DNA of 62,257 bases, filler included. It is 6 parts of 6 records of this genome, joined end to end, with 100 filler letters (N's around TTAATTAATTAA, not from the genome) between each part and the next. Parts side by side here need not be neighbours in the genome. Positions count along the whole stretch, not along the records: positions 1 to 24,699 come from SRR31147125_496; positions 24,800 to 31,129 come from SRR31147125_517; 4 more parts are not named here. One strand, given 5' to 3'. The notes beneath the pieces were generated by a model. The model saw only the letters and a list, made by a program, of their open reading frames with translations. It had not been told where the DNA came from and did not search any database. The translations under genes were made by a program, and so were the position numbers. The first letter of the stretch is position 1. Every line of letters begins with the position of its first letter. Positions 20,521 through 31,229 of this stretch are shown piece after piece.

Positions 20521-20552
20521 AAAGATCAAACTCTAATAAGTTTGATCTTTTA
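20519..20552. terminator. Bidirectional intrinsic terminator
   Basis: AAAAGATCAAACT..AGTTTGATCTTTT. Confidence 0.75.
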
Positions 20553-20563
20553 TTATATTCTAT

Positions 20564-20992
20564 TTAATCTTTATCATTTATCTTTGGTAATACATCATAA
20601 GTAGTAACATCTTTCAAAGATTCATCCCAATTTGCTTTACTTTTATAATATATGTACCCTTGTGGTCTCATATTCATATCACCATCTATACTACCTGCAG
20701 GTACCATCATTAATTAATCATACATTTGTATGTTTGGTCAAACTAATCCACAAATCGTACAAAAACTCTTGATATGTCCTTGTGATTGGTGGTTATATGT
20801 TCTTACTAAGTTTTAACCTTTGTTCCATTTAAGTTTAGCTGTGTTAGAAAACAAATTAGCAGCATGTGCTGATTCAGTATCTTTTCTACAATTTTCACAA
20901 TGACATAAATAAAAATGATCAAAATCTCCTTCTACTTCATATCTGCAAGCACCACATAAACATGAACCTTTATATATATGACTATTTTTCAT
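20564..20992 (-). pseudogene. GFA/CENP-V family zinc protein pseudogene (absent from the ORF track)
   Basis: MKNSHIYKGSCLCGACRY..LCHCENCRK..SFCTICG..VPAGSID..SKANW; 143 codons with three internal stops (TAA, TGA, TAA); AAGGAG RBS. Confidence 0.85.
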
Positions 20993-21078
20993 ATCATTTA
21001 ACTCCTTGTTATTTCAAACCCATCCATTTTTACTTATATTTTAAACGATGAAAATATCAATGTGATTACGTGTTTCTA

Positions 21079-22131
21079 TCACTCTTGTGAATCATATACA
21101 ACTTCGCTTCGTTTCATGAAATCTAAATTATTGATAAAATATATACTAATCGGTATTAAATATAAATTAATCGCCCATATATGTTTTATGATAATGTTAA
21201 AAGTTTCGTGAAATGCGATATAAAATGATGTTGTTGATGCTAATTTCACCCAAGCTAGACAAATTATTGCACATATAATAACACTAAATTCAATAATTTG
21301 TTTAATAAATGTTTTATTATTAGATTCATTTTCTAAATCATTTTTGATCTTCTGAAATATAGCATATTTAATGATACTAAAAATACTTATAAAACTAATT
21401 AGAATATAAAAATTTACTTCAGAAAGTGTTTCATTCATTTGATATTGTTGTTCCATGGATTCTACACGTGATAATAATTCAAATCCTCCTAAATCATACA
21501 AACTATTTTTGTATGTAGTATCCAAAAAAATTTTATATCCTTGATAATAAAATGTATTAGTGCCATAAATATGATTAACGGATGTCAATATATCATATCC
21601 AGGGATATCATTCATTACACCCGATATTACATATGATTGACCCTGATACGTGATTGTGTTTCCGACAACATCCACATGATTAAAAAGTTCTATCGCTAAT
21701 GTGGCATCAATAACGACTTCGTCAGGTTGCTCAATTGGTTCACCTTTTAATAATTCAATGTCAATAAACTCATGTGAGTGATAACTTGCATCAACTGGTA
21801 ATCCAAGATTAAAAAACTCATGAGGAATATAAGATATTAAAACTAATTTATTGATTCCTGTTTGACTTGATGTATCTTCGATTAGCATATGTGAGTCATA
21901 ACTGTGTAATACATTTTCTATGCTTTCCATGCCTTGCATAAAATCACCTGGTGTTTCAGGCATGTCTATTTCCATTATACTTAAATCTTCTGGAAAGTTT
22001 TTATCTTGGAAACCTGCGATTAAACGTGGTGAAAAATAAATCATACTTAGTAGCAACATAAAAAGCACACCACTAATGATGTAGAATTTTATTAAAATAT
22101 GCTTGACTTGTCTTTTTGTTTGTTTATACAT
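21079..22131 (-). CDS. ABC permease-like membrane protein with a MacB-type extracellular domain
   Basis: N-terminal TM; LLKGE..EVVID..LA.ELF..DVVGNTI..Y.ISGVM; C-terminal TMs. Confidence 0.65.
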   Translation of the reverse strand: MYKQTKRQVKHILIKFYIISGVLFMLLLSMIYFSPRLIAGFQDKNFPEDLSIMEIDMPETPGDFMQGMESIENVLHSYDSHMLIEDTSSQTGINKLVLISYIPHEFFNLGLPVDASYHSHEFIDIELLKGEPIEQPDEVVIDATLAIELFNHVDVVGNTITYQGQSYVISGVMNDIPGYDILTSVNHIYGTNTFYYQGYKIFLDTTYKNSLYDLGGFELLSRVESMEQQYQMNETLSEVNFYILISFISIFSIIKYAIFQKIKNDLENESNNKTFIKQIIEFSVIICAIICLAWVKLASTTSFYIAFHETFNIIIKHIWAINLYLIPISIYFINNLDFMKRSEVVYDSQE

Positions 22132-22200
22132 GGTACTTACCCCCACCAATATATATATCAATTATATCAAATCTATTAATTATCGTAAATCCTGTGTGAT

Positions 22201-22779
22201 TTAAGATGCATGATGGTGAAAATGTATATGTGCATGTTTCAATTTCAATAAATGCTTTTTTCTCATCCTTAAATCATAACTATCAAAGAAGAAAAGAGAA
22301 AATGCTTCCCACAATAAAACCCATCCACCGATAAATAATCCTTCAACCATAATATCAATAAAGATTGACAAATCCGTTTGATTTGGTACTAAATATGCAA
22401 ATGTCAAAAACCCAATACTCATCAGTATATAGATGAGTATTTTACGATAATTACTCTTTAATTTTGTTTCATTAAAATGTAATCTTGATTTAAAATGATT
22501 TGTAATCCCTAATTGAGATAACCGTTCTTTTTCTTGATCAATCCTTGTTTGTTCAAGATAAAACCAAATTTCTATGGGATGCTTTAATGAGATTTCGTAT
22601 GATGAACTCATAAGATAATCAAACAATTCCGGTTCCAATTCTTTTCTTCTAATAGCTGATGCATCCCATCCATTAAATAGTTCATCATAATTATCTAATG
22701 ATATTTCAATCATGTATGCGCCTGTGTCTTGATTAATGCGATACATATTTTTTAGTTGGAATTTTTTCTTTGTTTTCAT
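22201..22779 (-). CDS. Conserved hypothetical membrane protein
   Basis: IEISLDNYDELFNGWD.S..RRKEL; two C-terminal TMs with EGLFIGGWV.LWEA. Confidence 0.65.
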   Translation of the reverse strand: MKTKKKFQLKNMYRINQDTGAYMIEISLDNYDELFNGWDASAIRRKELEPELFDYLMSSSYEISLKHPIEIWFYLEQTRIDQEKERLSQLGITNHFKSRLHFNETKLKSNYRKILIYILMSIGFLTFAYLVPNQTDLSIFIDIMVEGLFIGGWVLLWEAFSLFFFDSYDLRMRKKHLLKLKHAHIHFHHHAS

Positions 22780-23638
22780 TTGTGCATACCTTCGTTTAAC
22801 ACATATGTCATATGTTCGAACACCGTTTTTGCATGTTTGACGGGGAGCAATGCGAACACATGGGGTTGTTGATCAAAAATCATAAGATTTATATGTTTGT
22901 TTCTTTCTTCAAATAGACATGTGTCTGGATATAAGATATCATATGTCCCTACATAGATATCAATTGGCAGCTCATAAGCATAGTCCATAGGTGATTTAAT
23001 GTTTGCATGATTTTGAATATCATCATATGCTTGTAATCCTTCAAATTGATGAATTGATAGCATAAAATCTTTTTTTCAATGGATTGCATGTTTTGATATG
23101 ATAGTGTGAAATCTAACCAAGGCGAAAGTAACATGATACGTTTAATACGCTTTTTGTTCACATCAGTAAGTAACTGATATGCAGATAGACTCACTAATCC
23201 TCCAGCACTATCACCTACTAAAACAAATGTATCATCTGGATATGTTTTCATCACCTGATTTATCATTTGTGCTGATATTTGGTAGAGTTCATATGTTTTT
23301 AATGTTGGAATCAATGGATATATCATATATGTGACTTTCACGTTTGTTTTATTCATGATTTTGTCTATGAGCAAATGATGTGCAATCGTGCCATTTAGAC
23401 ACATGGATCCTCCATGAAAATATAGTAAATGTATGTGTGAGTTCGTCTCTTCATTAAAAGTATACATATCATGATTAGTAACACTCATTTTTCTTGGATG
23501 GTATTTCTTTATCATATATTTAGGTATTTTCTCTTCTTTTCGCTTTTTTGCAGTCACTAAAAAATCATGATTAGATGTGCCCAGTTTTAATGCAATTTTT
23601 GTGATGAAGTTGATACTACCTTTATAATGAGTTTTCAT
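22776..23638 (-). CDS. Alpha/beta hydrolase (HSL-like esterase), split by a 1-nt loss in an A7 run near 23070
   Basis: YFHGGS, GDSAGG nucleophile elbow, LSPWLD; downstream frame SPM..VGTYDIL.PD..QPHVF. Confidence 0.85.
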
Positions 23639-23901
23639 ACAAACCCCCAAATCAATAATCTTTCTTTTGATATATTATACACCATCATGTGTCAATACTA
23701 TCATAAATACATCTATTGATTATTTTAATACAAAAATCATATATGTAATATAGATTAAAACAAGTATTGCTTTATATGAAAATATGAAGTCTTGAGACCT
23801 TTCGTCTTTATGTCTTGTAGTGATAAATGTAGTTATCGTTAATACAATACCAATCACAACAGAAAAATAATATCTAAATGAAACAATTGTATCCCCGTGT
23901 T

Positions 23902-24656
23902 TTAATAACCATGAAATAAACTTCCAAAAAATGGATTTAACAAGAAAACAACAAGCAGACCTACATAACCTAAATACACCACAAATACTAAATGAAATAT
24001 ACGTCTTATATCAACGCTTTGATTTTTAAGATAAGATGCTGCGATAAAGAAAAGTAATAAAATCAAATACATCACGAAAAGATTTAGCATACTTCTCGGG
24101 ATCATTTCTAAAAAAGTATGCGATGCTAATAAATCAATACCTAATGTTGAAGAGAACACGAGATAAACATATCCCATAAAACTTAAGAGTAGGATAAGTG
24201 TTTTTGCCACACTAACATGTATTTTTGGTATAAATTTTTTATACATAGATATCAAAATTTTTATAAAAACAATGATCACTACAATCACAGATATCCAACT
24301 TAGAAATAATAGTGATCCCTTGATTAAATCCCATATATATGCATACCATGCATATCCTTCTATCATGCGTTTAGCAGGTTTAATGGCATAATCAAAGGAA
24401 GAGCTACTTTCATGATTAATAATGATTGTTCTTAATATAAAATCTGTAATAATAATCCAAATGCCATACCACAGCGATTGTTTTATTTTATCTTTTGGCA
24501 TTTTTATATTTTCAATCCACATCAATAACACGGGTGCTAAACCAAGATAACTTAAAAGAAATAGCGTACTATGAAAAAAACTATGTCGGTTTTTGCAAAT
24601 AATACGTAGAATAATAAATAATAAATCGCAATCAATACATATTTAATAAACTTCAT
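23902..24656 (-). CDS. Multi-pass membrane protein, frameshifted at a T7 run near 24577
   Basis: ATG at 24656; adding one T joins MKFIKYVL.. to ..APVLLMWIENIK; hydrophobic throughout. Confidence 0.6.
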
Positions 24657-24665
24657 TTATAAAAA

Positions 24666-24692
24666 TGTAGTGAACCCCAAAAGTTGTAGTTT
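24666..24692. mobile_element. Probable terminal inverted repeat of an IS3-family insertion sequence at the contig end
   Basis: TGTAGTGAACCCCAAAAGTTG resembles IS3/IS150-group ends (TG..CCCCAAAAGTT); the contig breaks right after it. Confidence 0.55.
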
Positions 24693-24699
24693 TAATTAA

Positions 24700-24799
24700 N
24701 NNNNNNNNNNNNNNNNNNNNNNNNNNNNNNNNNNNNNNNNNNNTTAATTAATTAANNNNNNNNNNNNNNNNNNNNNNNNNNNNNNNNNNNNNNNNNNNN
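24700..24799. other. Artificial contig spacer
   Basis: N44-TTAATTAATTAA-N44; stop codons in all six frames. Confidence 0.98.
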
Positions 24800-25056
24800 G
24801 AAAGATCATCACCAACAAGGTTGATGCTGTGGTCATGTCTTGCACCTCTATCAAAGTCGACAAACGTTTCCGTTATTGTTACCGCCCCAACACCACCCAT
24901 CGCTTTCATTTCATAGCTATCAATACATTCAGAAGACGGACGCCCATGATCATCTGAAACAATCCTTGCTGTTGTGACTGGTGACGCCATCACTCTATTT
25001 TTGAATGTAACGCCTTTAATCGTTATGGGTGAAAAAAGATTCGGAAACTTATTCAT
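24800..25056 (-). CDS. NADH:flavin oxidoreductase (Old Yellow Enzyme family), 5' part only
   Basis: FPNLFSPITIKGVTFKNRVMASP, KAMGGVGAVTITE. Confidence 0.85.
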
Positions 25057-25103
25057 ACTATTCTCCTTTGATACTTTTTTAGTTTCATACTTATATAATT
25101 TTT

Positions 25104-25859
25104 TTAATATAAAGATGTTCCATGGTCAACATAAAGAATCTGACCTGTAATCGATTTTGACATATCACATGCAAAAAACAATATAGCATTTGCCTGATCT
25201 TCAGGTGTTGATTTTGGCAACGTCAAATCAATATGTTTTGCAGTTTTTTCAGCGAAATCTTGATTAAATTTCTTCATCTTTTCTTCGTTTAAAAGTTCAG
25301 TTGGTGTCGGTCCTGGCGCAACTGCATTACACCTTATATCTGTATCTCCATATAAAATTGCGATGTTTTTGGTCATACTGTTTACTGCCGCTTTTGCCGC
25401 ACTATACGATATTCCTGCTATACCTTGACTTCCAATGGATGATACATTGACAACCGAGCCACACCCTTGTTTTTCCATATATTCAAGTGCGAATTTACTC
25501 ATATAAAACACAGAGTATTGATCCACTTTTACTACTTTGTCATATAATTCAAAGCTGCAGTCGTTAATCGGTCTTTGTTCATCACCAATACCTGCGTTGT
25601 TGACAAGAATATCGATTTGCCCAAAATGGTCGACTGCACTGTCAATCGCCTTTTTGCAATCCTCGATATTAGAAACATCAGCAGCAACCGAAATTATTTC
25701 TCCGCCATTATTTCTTATCTCTTCAACCACTTTCGCGTTGTTTTCTTTTCTTCTAGATACCACAACAACTTTTGCACCATTTTGGCAGAATAGTTTTGCC
25801 GTCGCTTTTCCTATTCCTGAATTTCCACCGGTTACAACTGCAACTTTTCCTTTTAACAT
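25104..25859 (-). CDS. Short-chain dehydrogenase/reductase
   Basis: TGGNSGIG, NNAG, catalytic YSAAK, NAVAPG, ITGQ.LYVDHG. Confidence 0.95.
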   Translation of the reverse strand: MLKGKVAVVTGGNSGIGKATAKLFCQNGAKVVVVSRRKENNAKVVEEIRNNGGEIISVAADVSNIEDCKKAIDSAVDHFGQIDILVNNAGIGDEQRPINDCSFELYDKVVKVDQYSVFYMSKFALEYMEKQGCGSVVNVSSIGSQGIAGISYSAAKAAVNSMTKNIAILYGDTDIRCNAVAPGPTPTELLNEEKMKKFNQDFAEKTAKHIDLTLPKSTPEDQANAILFFACDMSKSITGQILYVDHGTSLY

Positions 25860-25885
25860 ATATTTTCACTCACTTCTTCTATCTT

Positions 25886-27406
25886 TTACATAAACTCATC
25901 AGAATCCATATATTCAACCGCACTATAACCAGCTAATCTTCCACTGTTTACTGCAAAACTCATAGTGTTACCTGGCAAGAAGAAGCAATAACTGTCACCA
26001 TAAATGTTACAAGCATCTGTTCCGCTAGCATAAAGTCCAGGGATTTTGATACCAGATGGGTTCAGCACTTCCATTTTATCGTTTGTCTTAACCCCACCTA
26101 AGCTTCCGTATCCAGCTGGGTAATGTTTAGCCGCATAATACTTGCCGCCTTTAAGCGCCTTCATATACTTTTGCTTTTTAAAGAACATTTTATCCGACTC
26201 TACACAATTGGTGTTATATTCCTGTATAGTTGCCTTTAAATTTTCTAGATGAATTCCCGTTTTTTCGCTAAGCTCTTCCAAAGTATCTGCTGCAAATACA
26301 ACAACTGTATGTTTTTGGTCCTCATTGTGAAGATCGCTCAAACCAGAAGCTTCAATCTCTCCACCACTTAGATATGTTTCCAATTCTTTATCCCACTTTT
26401 CAACTGATGATATATTATGATGAACAGTCACATAATCCAAACCGTTTTCTCTGTAATAATCTAATATACTGTCATCGATAATCGTAAACGCTATTCTATC
26501 ACGCTGAAGAGAAATTGCGTTGCCAGTATAAACTGTATTGTTCATTATCTCCTCGTTAATAAAACGGTTGCCATCAAGGTTAACCATCAAGTTTGGCTGA
26601 CGCATTGTTTCACTTATAGTTTTAAACACATCAGTAACACCTGGTGTTGTAAACGTCAGCTCCATAGTAGGCTCTGTTTTTCCTCCACCAGCTTCCCACA
26701 ACATTTTAAGACCTTCACCTTGAACGCCAGGGATTCTAAATGAATGTAAATCCTTACCCCATTCATAGCCTAAAATATCTTTAATCATTCTTGGGTTATC
26801 ACCAAAACCACCAGTAGAAACAATAACCGCATTACATTCAGCTTCAACCGCTTCACCGCTGTCTGTTGTCAAGTTTACACCACAAACAAAACCATCATTA
26901 TCTAAATTAATATTCGTCACCTTTGTGTTATACATTATGTTCACGCCAAGCTCTACTGCTCTATCAGTTAAAGCTTTAAACATATTAGATGCCGCTCTTT
27001 CTGCAGGTAAGTTGCTTCCTTTTGTTTTTACAACATGCCATGTTTGTGTTGATTTTTCAAAGTACTTATAAGCACCCAAAAACTCAACACCCATTGTCTC
27101 TATCCAATTAATAGTGTCGCTGGATTGCTCTATATATTTTCTCACTAATCTTGCATCAACTCTCCAATGCGTATAATTCATCAACAAATTAAAAGCATCT
27201 TCCTTAGAAAAATCAACCAATTGTGATTTTTGATACTTTGACTCAACCGCAAAGATACCCATACCCATGTTCGCCGCGCCACCTGTAGTGCTTCCTTTTT
27301 CAGCAACAATAACGCTTGCACCTTTTTCTGCCGCCGCAACAGCAGCCGTTATTCCTGAAGCGCCACCGCCAACGATAATTACATCTGCTTCTAAAATATT
27401 GCTCAT
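25886..27406 (-). CDS. FAD-dependent oxidoreductase (fumarate-reductase flavoprotein / tetrahydrodaidzein-reductase-like)
   Basis: GGGASG, AEK..TTGG, STGGFG, GNRFINE, GSLGGVKTN, IPGLYASG.DA..IYGDSY...PG..SFAVNSGRLAG. Confidence 0.85.
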   Translation of the reverse strand: MSNILEADVIIVGGGASGITAAVAAAEKGASVIVAEKGSTTGGAANMGMGIFAVESKYQKSQLVDFSKEDAFNLLMNYTHWRVDARLVRKYIEQSSDTINWIETMGVEFLGAYKYFEKSTQTWHVVKTKGSNLPAERAASNMFKALTDRAVELGVNIMYNTKVTNINLDNDGFVCGVNLTTDSGEAVEAECNAVIVSTGGFGDNPRMIKDILGYEWGKDLHSFRIPGVQGEGLKMLWEAGGGKTEPTMELTFTTPGVTDVFKTISETMRQPNLMVNLDGNRFINEEIMNNTVYTGNAISLQRDRIAFTIIDDSILDYYRENGLDYVTVHHNISSVEKWDKELETYLSGGEIEASGLSDLHNEDQKHTVVVFAADTLEELSEKTGIHLENLKATIQEYNTNCVESDKMFFKKQKYMKALKGGKYYAAKHYPAGYGSLGGVKTNDKMEVLNPSGIKIPGLYASGTDACNIYGDSYCFFLPGNTMSFAVNSGRLAGYSAVEYMDSDEFM

Positions 27407-27429
27407 TTCAAATTCTCCTTTTTTATATT

Positions 27430-28062
27430 TTAAACTCTACGTCTACGTTTTCTACGCGCAGAGCCACTATTTGAATCAGTAAACGAACCGACTGGCACCA
27501 ATTCTGTCGGCAACTTTGGTTTAATTGGTCCAGCTTTTTTTATTGCATTTTTATCACATATACCAATAAGTTTCTTAACATCTTTGCTGTCGTATTTTTT
27601 CAAAATGTGTATCATGCCATTTTTGCCTTCTATTGAATCCGCACCGAAGCATTCCTTGCACGCTCCACATCCAATACAAATAACTGGATCAATATACAGC
27701 GAAAAGCTCGCTGGGCATACTAAGTTTGTACACGCTTTTCTAATAATGTGTTTATCCCACTCATCTTCATATGTTTCCATCATATCCGCGCAGATTTGAA
27801 AAGCCTCTTTTGTCATATCGCAGGTTGTATTTTCTTTTGAAACAGCAAGGATATCTTTCAACAATTCATAATCCCCTCTTTGAGGATTTCCTTTTACAAT
27901 ATCAGATATAATGACGTAAATTTGTTTACAGCCTTCTCTGCTGAATACACAATTACTATCAGATTCTTTGACTGCTGTTTCCATCACTTTCAAACAATAA
28001 TCCACAGGACAGGCGTTATCTTCACTCCATACTGGGAAGAGATTATTCTTATTCACAGTCAT
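27430..28062 (-). CDS. NuoF/HydB C-terminal-like Fe-S protein with a degenerate N3 motif
   Basis: CPVD, KESDSNCVFSREG (versus ESCGKCTPCREG), HI..K.C..LVC, CIGCGACKEC. Confidence 0.72.
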   Translation of the reverse strand: MTVNKNNLFPVWSEDNACPVDYCLKVMETAVKESDSNCVFSREGCKQIYVIISDIVKGNPQRGDYELLKDILAVSKENTTCDMTKEAFQICADMMETYEDEWDKHIIRKACTNLVCPASFSLYIDPVICIGCGACKECFGADSIEGKNGMIHILKKYDSKDVKKLIGICDKNAIKKAGPIKPKLPTELVPVGSFTDSNSGSARRKRRRRV

Positions 28063-30139
28063 TTACCTCCCTGACATTTTTATAGTGTTCATCCACCCAA
28101 AACTTAACTTTTTCAATATCCAATCTTAAATCACATTGCAGACATCTTGATGTTTCATAAGTAGCATCACATGAACTTTCCAAGACTCCTTTTCTCTTTA
28201 ACTCAGCAAAATTCTCTAATTTCCCAATGCACCCATCAACCTTATCTCTTTTCAGCAATACATCTTCAATCTGTCCATTGCCTCCTAAATACTTATCAAT
28301 ACTTTTAGCAGCGTTTCTGCCTGATTCAATCGCTTGAACAACTGATTTTGTACCGTATACTACATCACCGGCAGCAAATATATTATCTACACTAGTTTTA
28401 AGTGTTTCATCTACTTTTGTATAACAACCCCTTACAACATCTATACCGAACTCTTCATTCATATCTGGTTTCTGTCCAGTTGCAAATATCATCCAATCTA
28501 CAACTAATTCAGACTCTGATCCTTCTATTTCATCAGTAACCAAGCCATCTTTTGTAAACTCAAATCGGCTGATATCTTTGGTTGTAACGGACTTAATAAT
28601 GTCATCTTTCTCATCTATATTTGATATGATCTTTCTATTCAATATTTCTATCCCTTCAGAAAGACCTAAAGCAATTTCTTCTTCATCAGCCAACATTTTT
28701 TCTCTTGTTTCCATACAAATCACGCTAACATTTTTTACACCTTTTTTCTTCGCAGTAATTGCACAGTCAAAAGCAACATTGCCGCCTCCATAAATTACAA
28801 TATTATCGGGTAAATCTTTTAGCGCGTCTTTGTTGCTGGCTTCACAAAAATTAACAGCATCCATAGAATTTTTCCACCGTTTTGCAAAGCTCGGCGGTCT
28901 TTTACCCTCTGTTGCACCAATGGCAATCAAAGTTGCATCATAGTTTTTTTCCTTCAAATCAGCGATTGACTCAATTTTAGTATCGTAAATAACGTTTATT
29001 CCAAATTCTAAAAGTATGTTGATCTCATTTTCTACGATAGACTGAGGCAATCTATACCTCGGGATACCGAAAGACAGCATACCGCCAGCCCTATTTTGTT
29101 TCTCATATACATCCACGTAATATCCTTTTTTGGAAAGATAAAACGCAGCAGTCATGCCAGCCGGTCCACCGCCAATAACAGCTACTCTTTTCTCGTTTTT
29201 ATCATAGACTGTTACATTTTGCTTCCAGTTTTCAGTTTTATCATTTTCAACAGCAAATTTCTTTGCTTCTCTAATTGAAATTGCTTCATTTAGATGTGTT
29301 CGTTTGCATCCACTTTCGCACGCATGTGTACAAATATACCCCAAAGAATGCGGGAAGGTTAATTTTTCTCTAATAACTGACACAGCATCAGAATATTTTT
29401 CTTGACCAACTAATCTTAAATACGTTGGAATATCAGCATGCGCTGGACATTCATTTTTACACGGTATATATGCTAAACCCCTTGGCGCTTCCGTCTTAAA
29501 AATACCCTTAACATCCTGAATCGCACCTGTCGGACACACTTCTACACACGCGCCACAATATCTACAATCAATATCTGTCAGCTTTTTATCATCTACTGTT
29601 CCAATATAAGATTCACTATTTTTTTTGTTGACTTTAAGCACTCCAACGCCTCTGACGTTTTCACATACTCGTACACATCTTTCGCAGTGAATACACCTTT
29701 GCATCTCACGCTTAATAAAACAGTCTGATTTCACTTCAAAAACATGCTCTTTTTCAATCTCTCGCATTCTAGAATGTACTACACCAACGTACTGCATAAG
29801 TGCTTGTAGTTCACAGTTCAGATATTTATCACACGATGTACAGTCTTTTGGATGGCTCGCCATCATCAATTCAAGTGCCAAACCTCTTACTTTTTCCACA
29901 TTTTTAGACTTTGTGCTAACTACCATATCCTGCTTCGCAATTGTTTCGCATGATTTGATAATACCCTCAACACCCTCAATCTCTGCTACACAAAGATTAC
30001 AATTGCCAAATGGCTCTAGATTAGGGTGATAACATAGATGCGGAATATAGATACCAGAATTTAAAGCAGCATTCAAAATGCTCGTTCCTTTTTCTGCTTC
30101 AATTCTGTATCCGTCAATTGTCAGTTGAATATTTTCCAT
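28049..30139 (-). CDS. Fusion of a NuoG/HydA-type Fe-S module with a GltD/PreT-type FAD-NAD(P) oxidoreductase
   Basis: IPHLC..C.LC..C, HPKDCTSC..C, CIHCERCVRVC, CRYCGACVEVCP, CKNECP..ICTHACESGC, IGGGPAG, GGGNVAFD, FAAGD. Confidence 0.88.
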   Translation of the reverse strand: MENIQLTIDGYRIEAEKGTSILNAALNSGIYIPHLCYHPNLEPFGNCNLCVAEIEGVEGIIKSCETIAKQDMVVSTKSKNVEKVRGLALELMMASHPKDCTSCDKYLNCELQALMQYVGVVHSRMREIEKEHVFEVKSDCFIKREMQRCIHCERCVRVCENVRGVGVLKVNKKNSESYIGTVDDKKLTDIDCRYCGACVEVCPTGAIQDVKGIFKTEAPRGLAYIPCKNECPAHADIPTYLRLVGQEKYSDAVSVIREKLTFPHSLGYICTHACESGCKRTHLNEAISIREAKKFAVENDKTENWKQNVTVYDKNEKRVAVIGGGPAGMTAAFYLSKKGYYVDVYEKQNRAGGMLSFGIPRYRLPQSIVENEINILLEFGINVIYDTKIESIADLKEKNYDATLIAIGATEGKRPPSFAKRWKNSMDAVNFCEASNKDALKDLPDNIVIYGGGNVAFDCAITAKKKGVKNVSVICMETREKMLADEEEIALGLSEGIEILNRKIISNIDEKDDIIKSVTTKDISRFEFTKDGLVTDEIEGSESELVVDWMIFATGQKPDMNEEFGIDVVRGCYTKVDETLKTSVDNIFAAGDVVYGTKSVVQAIESGRNAAKSIDKYLGGNGQIEDVLLKRDKVDGCIGKLENFAELKRKGVLESSCDATYETSRCLQCDLRLDIEKVKFWVDEHYKNVREVNDCE

Positions 30140-30151
30140 AATCGTCCTCCA

Positions 30152-31129
30152 CTACGTCACTTTTTGCATTTTAGTTTTATTTAATATAAAAGCGAGCAAA
30201 ACACCAACCACACTAATAACAGCAACCGTTATAAATGCCATATTATATCCGCCACTTGCACTATGAATACGTGCCGCAACTTGCGGACCAATTAATCCAG
30301 CTAATCCGTATGCGATATATAAAAAAGCATAATTGACTGTTAAATTCTTCATACCAAAGTTATCAGCGCATATTGGTGAAAACAATGCTGTAAAGCCACC
30401 ATAACAAGAGCTAATAGCTAAAAGCGCTATAATAAATACAACATCAACTGTATTTGCCAGCACAAGCATTGCACAACCAATAATGATAAACAACGCAATC
30501 ATAATGTTATATCTGCCTAGCTTATCAGAAACCACACCAAATAATAATCTTCCGACTGCATTGAAAACAGAAAACAAGCCAACAAATACTGAAGCTTTAG
30601 CAGGCGTTAACTCAAGGATTTCTTGAAGCATTCCAGAAGCATGACCAGCTATCATAAGCCCAGCAGTCGTACCTAAAGTTAGTGCAACTAGGATAATGTA
30701 GTATCTGCCAGTCCTAAGCATTTCCTTCCAGGTGAAATCCTTTACCACTACCGTATGATCATCTTCTGCCTTACCTAAATCTAATTGATAATCATCCGGT
30801 ATTTTTTTTATCATAAACGTAACGGGAACCATTACAATAATAAATATTCCCGCCAAAAAACTGAATACAAATAATACATCAAACTTACTCATTAAGTACG
30901 TAGCAATCGGTGCCCAAAGAATCGCACCACTACCATATGCACACGCCAGCATTCCCGATCCCATGCCTTTTTTTCAGGAAACAAACTAGTCGCATATGCT
31001 ATTAAAGTTGGATATAGCATAGCAATACCTATCCCAACAACAATGCCGTAAACGATATATAGATAGCCGATGGAGAAAGTGAAATTCGTTAGAATTAATC
31101 CACATACATAAACAAGTATACCCAGCCTT
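30152..31129 (-). CDS. OFA-family MFS transporter (5'-truncated; frameshift in an A run near 30970)
   Basis: Upstream frame YLYIVYGIVVGIGIAMLYP..LFPEKK joins GMGSG..; GRLLFGVVSDKLGR, ADNFGMKN..NY. Confidence 0.82.
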
Positions 31130-31229
31130 NNNNNNNNNNNNNNNNNNNNNNNNNNNNNNNNNNNNNNNNNNNNTTAATTAATTAANNNNNNNNNNNNNNN
31201 NNNNNNNNNNNNNNNNNNNNNNNNNNNNN
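31130..31229. other. Artificial contig spacer
   Basis: N44-TTAATTAATTAA-N44. Confidence 0.98.

Noticed and set aside
1-24699. Genetic code 4 (TGA=Trp) or stop-codon recoding in the Mollicute-like contig
   Set aside because: Several intact genes end in TGA, Trp is encoded by TGG, and internal stops occur only in two neighbouring decayed genes and are mostly TAA.
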